Both the position numbers and the translations under genes were made by a program. From Candidatus Shapirobacteria bacterium (GTDB taxonomy: Bacteria > Patescibacteriota > Microgenomatia > UBA12405), in the NCBI GenBank assembly GCA_041665485.1, contig JBAYIT010000002.1, forward strand, positions 69,867 through 133,866: a stretch of DNA of 64,000 nt. Reading direction: 5' to 3'. This document shows positions 49,355 through 57,252 of the stretch, piece after piece. The notes beneath the pieces were generated by a model. It was not told where the DNA came from. It ran no database searches and was given only the letters and a program-made list of their open reading frames with translations. Within the stretch, counting starts at the first letter, position 1; each line of letters begins with the position of its first letter.

Positions 49355-50572
49355 ATGCCTTCTATTAGAAAAATAAAAAATATCTTTTGGCATTTACCCA
49401 AAGCCGTTGTTGCCAACATCATTTATCAGTTTCCCAGTCGCCACCTTAAATTAATTGCCGTTACTGGCACCGATGGCAAAACTACTACCGCCACCCTCAT
49501 TCACCATCTCTTAAAAAAATCAGGAATTAAAGTCGGGCTGATTACCACTGTCACCAGCCCGGGTTTACACACCACTTCTCCTGACTCGCTAATTGTCCAA
49601 AAAGTCTTATCTGACTATTTTCACCAGGGTTATAGTCATGTTATTCTCGAAGTTACTGCCCATGCTCTTGACCAATTTCGCTTCTGGGGTTGCCACTTTC
49701 AGGTTGGAGTTTTAACCAATATCACTCACGAACATCTCGACGAATTCAAAACCATGGAAAATTACACCGCCGTCAAAGCTAGTCTCTTTTCCTCCTGCCA
49801 AACCGCCATTCTCAATAAAGACGATCCGTCTTTTCCGCAAATAAAAGCAAAATTTCCAAAAAAAATCATTCCCTACAGTATTAAATCACCCTGTAAATAT
49901 CAGGCTAAAAATATCCATCTTACCTCAAATTCCATTACCTTTACCGCCAATAGGCTAAAGATAGTCACCGACAGCCCTTATCGTTATCAAATTTACAACA
50001 TTCTTCCAAGTCTTATAATCTCTGACCTTTTCAAACTAAAGCGGTCAAGTTTTCAAAAAAATATCGCCGTTTTTCCTCACATCTCCGGACGCAGACAAGA
50101 GGTCAACAATCGTTTTGGTTTCAAAACTATTGTTGATTTTGCCCACACCCCCAATGCTCTCAAAAACACTCTTGAATCTCTCAAGAAAAAAAGGGGGAGC
50201 AAAATAATTGTTATCTTTGGAGCCACCGGTGGCCGAGACCAATCCAAACGTCCGCTTATGGGCAAGGTCGTTTCTGAATTGTCTGATATTGCCATCATTA
50301 CCTCCGACGACACCAGAAGTGAAAACATCTCCGTCATTAATCGTCAAATAATCTCCGGAATCACAAAAAATAAGAAATTCAAATATTATCAAATCGAAAA
50401 CCGTCAAGAGGCTTTTAATTATGCTGTTAGTATTGCCAAAACCAACGACATCATTATCGCCTGTGGCAAAGGTCACGAACAAACCATTCTCCTCGGTAAT
50501 ATCGAATACCCCTGGTCTGAAACCGCCGCCTTTCAAACCGCCTTCAAACTAAGAAGTCAAAAACATGACTAA
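49355..50572 (+). CDS. murE: UDP-N-acetylmuramoyl-L-alanyl-D-glutamate--diamino-acid ligase (MurE) lacking the N-terminal UDP-binding domain
   Basis: IYQFPSRHLKLIAVTGTDGKTTTA aligns to the E. coli MurE domain-2 start (FYHEPS..LVGVTGTNGKTTT). C-terminal GGRDQSKRPLMG and TSDDTRSEN correspond to MurE GGDRDKGKRPLMG and TDDNPRTEE. Only about 30 residues precede the P-loop; there is no room upstream for domain 1. Confidence 0.75.
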   Translation: MPSIRKIKNIFWHLPKAVVANIIYQFPSRHLKLIAVTGTDGKTTTATLIHHLLKKSGIKVGLITTVTSPGLHTTSPDSLIVQKVLSDYFHQGYSHVILEVTAHALDQFRFWGCHFQVGVLTNITHEHLDEFKTMENYTAVKASLFSSCQTAILNKDDPSFPQIKAKFPKKIIPYSIKSPCKYQAKNIHLTSNSITFTANRLKIVTDSPYRYQIYNILPSLIISDLFKLKRSSFQKNIAVFPHISGRRQEVNNRFGFKTIVDFAHTPNALKNTLESLKKKRGSKIIVIFGATGGRDQSKRPLMGKVVSELSDIAIITSDDTRSENISVINRQIISGITKNKKFKYYQIENRQEAFNYAVSIAKTNDIIIACGKGHEQTILLGNIEYPWSETAAFQTAFKLRSQKHD

Positions 50573-51155
50573 ATATAATCTAAAACCATCCAGTCCAGAC
50601 CCTGCCACAAACTATGCTCTTGGTTTACTCCCTCAAAGAAACGTGGCCCACCTCTGGTATCAGGACACCAGTTGCCGATCTAATCTTTCAAAATTTAAGC
50701 TTTCCTCAGAAAACAAAAGAATAATAAAATTAACCGGCGATTTTGAATTCGAAAAAATACCTTTATTAAAATTTAACCTATCATCAAGTCTCCTAAACAC
50801 CATAAACACCTGGTCTGAGACCCTGGACTGGCAATTTCCCAAAAGCTCAATTAGAAATGTTTTTACTCACCACATCTTCAATTATCTTTACCTCTGGAAA
50901 AAAACAGGCAGTCAGAATGTTGTTGCCTATTCTGTCTGTTATTTTGATCAAAACATCTCTCATATCGCCTACGTTTTTTATCACCCCAGTCTGGCCCGAA
51001 CCAATCTTCCCATCAGGCTGACTCTTCAATCCATTATTGATAGTCAAAAATTGGGGCTAAAATATTGTTATCTTGGTCGTTTCAGTCATTACAAACGCAA
51101 CTTTCCCGGATTTGAACATTATCAAAATCAAATCTGGTCGGATTACCGCCACTAA
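50565..51155 (+). CDS. hypothetical protein; weak resemblance to aminoacyl-tRNA-protein transferase (ATE_C/Bpt, Fem-like fold) C-terminal region
   Basis: 196 aa. The C-terminal YCYLGRFSHYKRNFPGFEHYQNQIW recalls the ATE/Bpt YLGY..KM.YK..F.P.E...W region. The match is from memory only and weak. Confidence 0.25.
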   Translation: MTKYNLKPSSPDPATNYALGLLPQRNVAHLWYQDTSCRSNLSKFKLSSENKRIIKLTGDFEFEKIPLLKFNLSSSLLNTINTWSETLDWQFPKSSIRNVFTHHIFNYLYLWKKTGSQNVVAYSVCYFDQNISHIAYVFYHPSLARTNLPIRLTLQSIIDSQKLGLKYCYLGRFSHYKRNFPGFEHYQNQIWSDYRH

Positions 51156-51159
51156 CAAC

Positions 51160-52461
51160 ATGAAAATACACATTTTAGGTATCGCCGGAACTAAAACAGC
51201 CCCCCTTGCCATTCTTTTGCAAAGAATGGGCCACCAAGTTAGTGGTTCTGATCAGCCACAAATTTTTCCCCCCATCAGTACCCTGCTTGCTAAAAACAAA
51301 ATCCCTATCAATTCCACTCCCATCACCAAAGAAATTGATCAGGTTATTGTCGGCAACTCTTTTAAATCATTCCAACTTTGTCAATCAGAATACCAACAGG
51401 CACAAAAGCTTAAAATCCCCACCATGTCTTACACCCAGTACCTAATTAGAAATCTTATTAAAAAACAATCAATACTTGTTGCCGGATCTTATGGTAAAAC
51501 AACTATCACTGGTTTATTATCGTTTGTTTTTCTTAAACTTAAACTTGACCCGTCGTATATGTTTGGTGGCCAAGCGGTAAATCATCTCGAATCAACCAGA
51601 TTCGGTCAGTCTGATTTTTCAATTATCGAAGCCTGTGAGTCTATAAACGGACTAGATACCCAGTCAACATTCCTATATTATCCAATTAAGTACGTCATAT
51701 TGACATCCGCCGATTGGGAACATAAAGATTCCTTTAAAACCGAACAAGAAAATTTAAAAGCATTTATTCAACTGGTTAGTAAAATCCCTAAAAATGGCCT
51801 ACTTGTCTATAACCCCAAAAGCAAATCAGCCTCATCAGTCGCCCAATACTCTTCGGCCAAAAAAGTACCGTACAACTACTCTTTAAACATAAACCCGATT
51901 ATTCCCGGAAAATATAACTTCGAAAACTCACTTGCAGTGGCTACTCTCTGCCAAGAATTAGGGTTGAATAAAATCGCATTCATCAAAGCCATTAATCAAT
52001 TCCGAGGAATTAAACGTCGATTAGAACCTATTTACCACCACAAAGACATATTGATATACGACGATTTCGCCCAATCTCCGGTAAGAATAAGCCAAGCGCT
52101 TCAAGCTATATCCGAAAAACATCCAAACTGTCCGATCAAAGTTTTTTTCGAACCTCATGCCTCCTTTCTTCAATACCAAGCCGGAATTAAAGGTCTTAAA
52201 GAATCTCTCCAAATAGCCACTGAAATTATTGTTTCGCCATTAAAATTTTCTGAAAGTGTCTCTAAATCAGACAGAGTAACTATTAAGGACTATCAAAAAA
52301 TTCTTGAAAAAAAAATGGAATACATTCCCGATTACCAATTGATTTCCCAACATTATCTTCAAACACTTCAAAAGGGGGATATCTTAATTCATTTTAGCTC
52401 CGGAGGCCTTAATGGCCTTACTTGCTTAAAAAAGATTGCTAAAAACTTAATTTCCCGATAA
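51160..52461 (+). CDS. MurC/Mpl-family UDP-N-acetylmuramate--amino acid/peptide ligase, Mpl-like
   Basis: Start at ATG 51160. MKIHILGIAGT..LAILLQRMGHQVSGSDQPQIFPPISTLL resembles Mpl (MRIHILGICGT..GHEVTGSD..YPPMSTLL). P-loop LVAGSYGKTT, GQSDFSIIEA, YDDFAQSP (compare Mpl YDDFAHHP). Confidence 0.65.
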   Translation: MKIHILGIAGTKTAPLAILLQRMGHQVSGSDQPQIFPPISTLLAKNKIPINSTPITKEIDQVIVGNSFKSFQLCQSEYQQAQKLKIPTMSYTQYLIRNLIKKQSILVAGSYGKTTITGLLSFVFLKLKLDPSYMFGGQAVNHLESTRFGQSDFSIIEACESINGLDTQSTFLYYPIKYVILTSADWEHKDSFKTEQENLKAFIQLVSKIPKNGLLVYNPKSKSASSVAQYSSAKKVPYNYSLNINPIIPGKYNFENSLAVATLCQELGLNKIAFIKAINQFRGIKRRLEPIYHHKDILIYDDFAQSPVRISQALQAISEKHPNCPIKVFFEPHASFLQYQAGIKGLKESLQIATEIIVSPLKFSESVSKSDRVTIKDYQKILEKKMEYIPDYQLISQHYLQTLQKGDILIHFSSGGLNGLTCLKKIAKNLISR

Positions 52462-52470
52462 CATTAACCA

Positions 52471-53505
52471 ATGACTCATCTTTTTCTCGGTCTGCTCCTC
52501 TTTTCTTTTTTAACCACCAGCATTCTCGTTGTCCCTTTCATAAATCTTCTCTACCGCCTTAAATTTCAACGTCAGAACCAAAAAACAGTTGACTTCCAGA
52601 ATAAAAAAACTGAAATATTTGATAAGTTTCACTCTCAAAAACAGGGGACTCCTGTCGGTGGTGGCCTCCTCATTATTCTTTCCGTCTGCCTTCTTTTCAT
52701 TATTCTTCTTCCTATTCTAAAATTTGCTCGTATTTTTATCTCCTCTAACTACCAAATGGAGAGTGAACTGGGCATAATTTTCTTCTCTTTCATTAGTTTT
52801 GCTCTTCTCGGCCTATATGATGATGTTCACAAGTTTTTCGGCTTCCAAAAAACAGGCTTTTTTGGATTGAAGATGCGCCAAAAGCTACTTCTCCAAATTT
52901 TTTTGGCCACCGTTATTTCTTGTCTAATTTACTTCCAACTAGGAATTAACTTTATTTACATCCCCTTTGCTGGAGCTGTTAGTCTTGGTCTGTTTTTTAT
53001 TCCCATAAGCAGTGTTATTATCGTTGCCTTCGCCAACTTCTTCAATATTACTGACGGGCTTGACGGCCTTTCCTGCGGGCTTTTAATGATTTCTCTTTTT
53101 GCTTTTTGGTTTCTTAGTAGCAACTCTCTGGATACTCCAATTTCTCTCTTTCTTAGTCTGTGGCTGGGAGCATTAATTGCCTTCCTGTATTTCAATGTCT
53201 TTCCCGCCCGCATCTGGCTGGGCGACGTCGGCTCTCTCTCCTTTGGAGCCACCTTTGCCGTCATCGCCATTCTTCTCGGAAAAATTGTCCCTCTTATTAT
53301 TGTTGGCTCACCCTTCATTATTGAAGGCCTTTCCAGTGCTATCCAGATTATTAGTAAGAAATATTTTAATCGAAAAATATTCCCTGCCGCTCCCATCCAC
53401 CTCACCCTCCAACATTTTGGTTGGGAAGAGCCAAAAATCGTTCTTCGTGCTTGGCTTGCCGGTATTATTCTCGCTATCTTTGGCCTATGGCTCGGACTAA
53501 ACTAG
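52471..53505 (+). CDS. mraY: phospho-N-acetylmuramoyl-pentapeptide-transferase
   Basis: NITDGLDGL and WLGDVGSLSFGATFA are MraY signature motifs. 10 TM segments, 344 aa. Confidence 0.9.
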   Translation: MTHLFLGLLLFSFLTTSILVVPFINLLYRLKFQRQNQKTVDFQNKKTEIFDKFHSQKQGTPVGGGLLIILSVCLLFIILLPILKFARIFISSNYQMESELGIIFFSFISFALLGLYDDVHKFFGFQKTGFFGLKMRQKLLLQIFLATVISCLIYFQLGINFIYIPFAGAVSLGLFFIPISSVIIVAFANFFNITDGLDGLSCGLLMISLFAFWFLSSNSLDTPISLFLSLWLGALIAFLYFNVFPARIWLGDVGSLSFGATFAVIAILLGKIVPLIIVGSPFIIEGLSSAIQIISKKYFNRKIFPAAPIHLTLQHFGWEEPKIVLRAWLAGIILAIFGLWLGLN

Positions 53506-54194
53506 AAAAATTACTAACAGAAGAGGTCAATCATTATTTAGGAATTCCGTATGCTAAAAACTACTGGAAAAACAACCTCTTAATTAAAGAGGCTATTCTT
53601 GGTGGCAAAGGAACCTGGCCGGAAATTGACTACGCCACCACTTGCGCCGGAGAAAAATACCAAGTTGACATCACCTCTCTATCACCCAAAGAACTCTATA
53701 ATTTTCAAAAAAAACACAAGATCGGCATCGATTGCTCCGGTCTCGTCTACCACCTACTCGATTTCATCGATAAAAATATTGGCGCAAATGGCATTCTATT
53801 TAAAGTTGTCAGTGTTAATCCTAATCATGGCAAATATGGCGTTAGGTCACTATCAGCCGACAGCCTCACCAATTCTATAAATTCTTACCCCATCACCAAT
53901 TATTCTCATGTTCAGCTCGGAGATTTAATTCGCCATCATCAAGGCAAGCACACTCTCCTTATTACCGGCCAAAAGAACAACCGCCTCAACTATGTTCACA
54001 GTAGTCTCACCACTTTAGTTTCCGGAGTTCACACCGGCTATATCAAAATAATTGACCCTCAAAAACCACTTTTTTACCAAGATTGGACCGATGTCACTAA
54101 AAACCACCAAAAATATCAGGAACTTTCTGACTCCAAAGCCGGGGACGGCATATATCGCCTTAATTGCTGGAAAAATATTACTTTTCCTCTATAA
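53487..54194 (+). CDS. NlpC/P60-family (papain-like) cell-wall peptidase/amidase-like protein
   Basis: Start at ATG 53487, overlapping the mraY 3' end by 19 nt. GIDCSGLVYHLL is the NlpC/P60 catalytic Cys motif. A downstream His-containing region (HVQLGDLIRHHQGKH) follows. Confidence 0.5.
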   Translation: MARTKLEKLLTEEVNHYLGIPYAKNYWKNNLLIKEAILGGKGTWPEIDYATTCAGEKYQVDITSLSPKELYNFQKKHKIGIDCSGLVYHLLDFIDKNIGANGILFKVVSVNPNHGKYGVRSLSADSLTNSINSYPITNYSHVQLGDLIRHHQGKHTLLITGQKNNRLNYVHSSLTTLVSGVHTGYIKIIDPQKPLFYQDWTDVTKNHQKYQELSDSKAGDGIYRLNCWKNITFPL

Positions 54195-54345
54195 GTTCTC
54201 GATATTTAGATGGGTCTAAAGATAATATCTCTACTTCCGTTCCACATTCTTGGCACTCTAAAATGTCGCCAACTTCCAGCAATCCTTCTGTTTTTTTAAT
54301 CTCCATTCCGCAATCTGGGCAAATAATTTTTTTGTTTTGGTCCAT
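54178..54345 (-). CDS. LysW-like C4 zinc-ribbon small protein (55 aa), not in the supplied ORF track
   Basis: Reverse complement translates to MDQNKKIICPDCGMEIKKTEGLLEVGDILECQECGTEVEILSLDPSKYRELIEEK. The CPxCG...GE...C.ECG.E.E...LDP pattern mirrors LysW/ArgW amino-group carrier proteins (CPECGAEL..GELVVCEDCGAELEVVGLDP). The C-terminus is EEK, not the canonical ..EDWGE. Confidence 0.45.
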   Translation of the reverse strand: MDQNKKIICPDCGMEIKKTEGLLEVGDILECQECGTEVEILSLDPSKYRELIEEK

Positions 54346-54378
54346 ATAGAGTAAAATAAAATCTAACTAACCTATTAT

Positions 54379-55167
54379 ATGACACCTTTAATCAAATTCG
54401 AAAACATCTACTTTAAGAGGGAAGATCAAAACCCTACCGGGTCGGCCAAAGATCGAAGCCTTCCACTGCAACTAAAAAATCTTCTTGCTAAAAACTATCA
54501 ATCAGCTGTCATCTCATCTTCTGGTAACGCCGCCATCTCTGCTATCTTTTATTGTCGAAAACTAAATATTCCTCTCAAAGTCTTTCTTTCTCCACAAACT
54601 GATCCTTACAAATTAAAATTAATTCTCTCTCAACATCAGGATGTCACCCTTACTCCATCTCCCAATAGTCTGGCTTTTAAATACGCCAAAACTAACCATT
54701 CATATCTCCTGCGTCAATCAACCGACCCTGTTGCCCAAATCGGTTACTCCACTATTGCCACCGAAATAGTTTCCAAGCTCCCTCTTGTTTCCAGCATCTT
54801 TATACCTGTTGGCTCCGGAACCACTCTCCTTGGCGTCTCCAAAAATTTACCCCAAAACGTAAAAATATTCGCCGTAGAACCGGCCTCTCGCTACGGCCAA
54901 GAATCAGAAACTATCACCGACGCACTATCTGTCAAACTAACCCCTCTTAAATCAGAAGTCGCCGAAGCTATTAAAAAACATCACGGGTCAAATATCATCG
55001 TAAGAAACCAAGCCGTTTTAGATAATCTAAAAAAACTCCATCAACATCAAATAAACACTTCTCCCGAAGGCGCTCTTGCTTTAACAGGCTATTATCAAGC
55101 CAAAACAAAATTTGAAGTTGGAGACTACCCCGTTATTTTATTAACTGGCATTAATCGCCAAATATGA
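54379..55167 (+). CDS. fold-type II PLP-dependent enzyme, cysteine synthase/CBS (CysK)-like, short (262 aa)
   Basis: FKREDQNPTGSAKDRSL is the PLP-lysine motif (CysK E..NPxGSvKDR, threonine synthase NPTGSFKDR). SSGNAAISAIFYC matches TSGNTG. A Gly-rich loop PVGSGTTLLG is present. Confidence 0.6.
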   Translation: MTPLIKFENIYFKREDQNPTGSAKDRSLPLQLKNLLAKNYQSAVISSSGNAAISAIFYCRKLNIPLKVFLSPQTDPYKLKLILSQHQDVTLTPSPNSLAFKYAKTNHSYLLRQSTDPVAQIGYSTIATEIVSKLPLVSSIFIPVGSGTTLLGVSKNLPQNVKIFAVEPASRYGQESETITDALSVKLTPLKSEVAEAIKKHHGSNIIVRNQAVLDNLKKLHQHQINTSPEGALALTGYYQAKTKFEVGDYPVILLTGINRQI

Positions 55168-56213
55168 AAAAACTAATCCAACTAATTATCAACTCTGGCT
55201 ACACTATCATTTATCCTCAGGTCGACGAATTCCTCGGAATTGATTTCCCCCAACTTAATTGCTTTCATTCTCTCAAAAATGAATCAAAAACAGTAAAAAA
55301 TACTGGCCAATTTCTTAAATCAAACCTGAAATTCATAAGTCAGGAATTTAAACCGCCAATCGCCATCATGCCTTTCAAACCATCAGCCAAAACCGAAAAA
55401 ATTTGCCAAAAGCAAAATTGGCTGGTTCTAAGCAATCCCGCCAAATTAAATCGTCTACTGGAAGACAAAATAAAATTCAGCCAACTTTGCCACCAACACA
55501 AACTCCCCACCATCCCCCATCTTGTCGCTCCACTCGATCAAGAAAATTTTCTTTTGGCTCAAAAAAAATTTGGCCCGAAACTCGTTCTTCAAACTCACTT
55601 CGGCTGGGCCGGCAATAGCACCTTTTATTTTGAAAGTTATCAGGAAATCGCCAATAAAATTTCCCCAAACACCCTTTGTAAGTTTTCACCCTACCTGGAG
55701 GGCTACACTCTCATTAACAACTGCTGTCAAACAAAATTTGGTCTAATTCAAAGCCCAGTTGGCCGTCAACTTACCGGCCTTAAAGAATATACCCAAAACC
55801 CTTTTGCCACTGTTGGACGTCAGTGGCCCTCTCTTGCTCCTCAATCTGTTATCAATCAGGTGGTTGAGGTTACTAAACTACTATCCGACAAATTGCTAAA
55901 AAAATACGATTATCGTGGTTTTTTCGGAATAGATTTTTTTGTCCACCAAAACCGAGTTATGATTCTTGAAATTAATCCCCGATTAACCGCCTCATTTGGT
56001 TTCTACACTAAACTCGAAACGGATAACAATATCACCCCTCTTTTCCTCTTTCACTTAGCCGAATTTCTTAACCTTGATTATCAGGTCGATTTTGATCGAG
56101 AACAGTCAAGAACTGACTCCTCTTTAATTGTTGGCACCGAAATAACTCCCAAAGACAAGTTCGGTAAAACCATTGCCCAATACCACCAGACTTCCCCTAT
56201 TATCAAGGATTAG
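55164..56213 (+). CDS. ATP-grasp family ligase (RimK/LysX/Ddl-like), specificity unknown
   Basis: LEDKIKFSQLCHQHKLPTIPHL (central domain) and RGFFGIDFFVHQNRVMILEINPRLTAS (C-terminal Mg/ATP site) are generic ATP-grasp motifs. It lacks the Ddl N-terminal HG..GEDG signature. Confidence 0.55.
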   Translation: MKKLIQLIINSGYTIIYPQVDEFLGIDFPQLNCFHSLKNESKTVKNTGQFLKSNLKFISQEFKPPIAIMPFKPSAKTEKICQKQNWLVLSNPAKLNRLLEDKIKFSQLCHQHKLPTIPHLVAPLDQENFLLAQKKFGPKLVLQTHFGWAGNSTFYFESYQEIANKISPNTLCKFSPYLEGYTLINNCCQTKFGLIQSPVGRQLTGLKEYTQNPFATVGRQWPSLAPQSVINQVVEVTKLLSDKLLKKYDYRGFFGIDFFVHQNRVMILEINPRLTASFGFYTKLETDNNITPLFLFHLAEFLNLDYQVDFDREQSRTDSSLIVGTEITPKDKFGKTIAQYHQTSPIIKD

Positions 56214-57252
56214 CCCGCTAATTTGGCTACCAATAAGTATTACCATAATTGGCTTATTCTTTATTTCTCTTGCCAGCCCGTCAGAAGCCAAAAGTTTTGG
56301 TAGTCCAACCTATTTTCTGGAACGACAATTTATTTGGGCAATCGTTGCCTTCCTTCTCTATTTTATTGCCACCAAAATTCCTGTTAATTTACTTTTTCGC
56401 CACTCTATTTGGCTTTACTTAATCTCTATTGTCGGACTAATAATCGTTCTTATTCCTCAACTCGGCCATCAAGCTCTTGGAGCCAGCCGTTGGTTCCGAT
56501 TCGGCCAAATTGGCATTCAACCAACCGAAATTTTCAAACTAACTGGAATCATTGTTTTTAGCCAAATATTTTCTCAAGCCAAATATCAGTCACTCAAATA
56601 TCTTTTATATTTTCTCTGTCCGCCACTACTTCTCATTCTCCTCGAACCAAACTTTAGTGCCGTTGTTCTCATTTGTGCTATTACTATCTCCATCTATTAC
56701 CTTTCCGGAGCTAGTCTCAACGATTTAGTCATCCTTAGCCTTATCGGCCTTGCCTCTGGTTGCATCCTTGTTGTCACTTCACCCTATAGGTTAGCCAGAT
56801 TCAACAGTCTAACTTCACCCGACAGCCAAAAAAGCTACCATTCTCAACAACTAATCATCAGCCTCTCTGCCGGAGGCTGGTTTGGTAAAGGTCTAACTAA
56901 CTCTAATCAAAAATTTCAATTCCTTCCCAAAATTTCTACCGACTCAATTATGGCTGTTATTGCTGAAGAAACGGGCATTGTCGGTATTGTTGCCATCTTC
57001 TACCTCTATCTAACTTTAATCGGCCATCTCTTTAAATTATCAAAAAAAGTTATTGCCCCATATTCTCTTTTCGTCGCCGGCATCGCCTGTTGGCTTGCTT
57101 TCCAGGCTTTGGTTAATGCCGCTGCTGTTTCTTCTCTGGTTCCTTTAACCGGTGTCCCTCTGCCTTTAATTTCCTACGGCGGATCTTCACTTGTTAGTCT
57201 AATAGTTGCCTTTGGACTAGCAAAAAATATAGAATCAAAATATGCCAAATAA
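56173..57252 (+). CDS. ftsW: SEDS-family peptidoglycan glycosyltransferase FtsW/RodA
   Basis: 10 TM segments. The C-terminal VPLPLISYGGSSLVSL SEDS signature is present. Sits in the dcw cluster before murG. Confidence 0.85.
   Translation: MPNTTRLPLLSRISPLIWLPISITIIGLFFISLASPSEAKSFGSPTYFLERQFIWAIVAFLLYFIATKIPVNLLFRHSIWLYLISIVGLIIVLIPQLGHQALGASRWFRFGQIGIQPTEIFKLTGIIVFSQIFSQAKYQSLKYLLYFLCPPLLLILLEPNFSAVVLICAITISIYYLSGASLNDLVILSLIGLASGCILVVTSPYRLARFNSLTSPDSQKSYHSQQLIISLSAGGWFGKGLTNSNQKFQFLPKISTDSIMAVIAEETGIVGIVAIFYLYLTLIGHLFKLSKKVIAPYSLFVAGIACWLAFQALVNAAAVSSLVPLTGVPLPLISYGGSSLVSLIVAFGLAKNIESKYAK

Noticed and set aside
54164-54349. The + strand 61-aa ORF from the six-frame track (MLEKYYFSSISSRYLDG...)
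   Set aside because: Low-complexity sequence with no motif. The opposite strand encodes a convincing C4 zinc-ribbon (LysW-like) protein over the same coordinates, so the + ORF is treated as a shadow ORF.
55164-56213. Calling the ATP-grasp enzyme D-alanine--D-alanine ligase (ddl)
   Set aside because: The position in the dcw cluster is suggestive, but the N-terminal Ddl signature (HG..GEDG) and a typical Ddl central domain are not recognisable. It is left as an ATP-grasp of unknown specificity.
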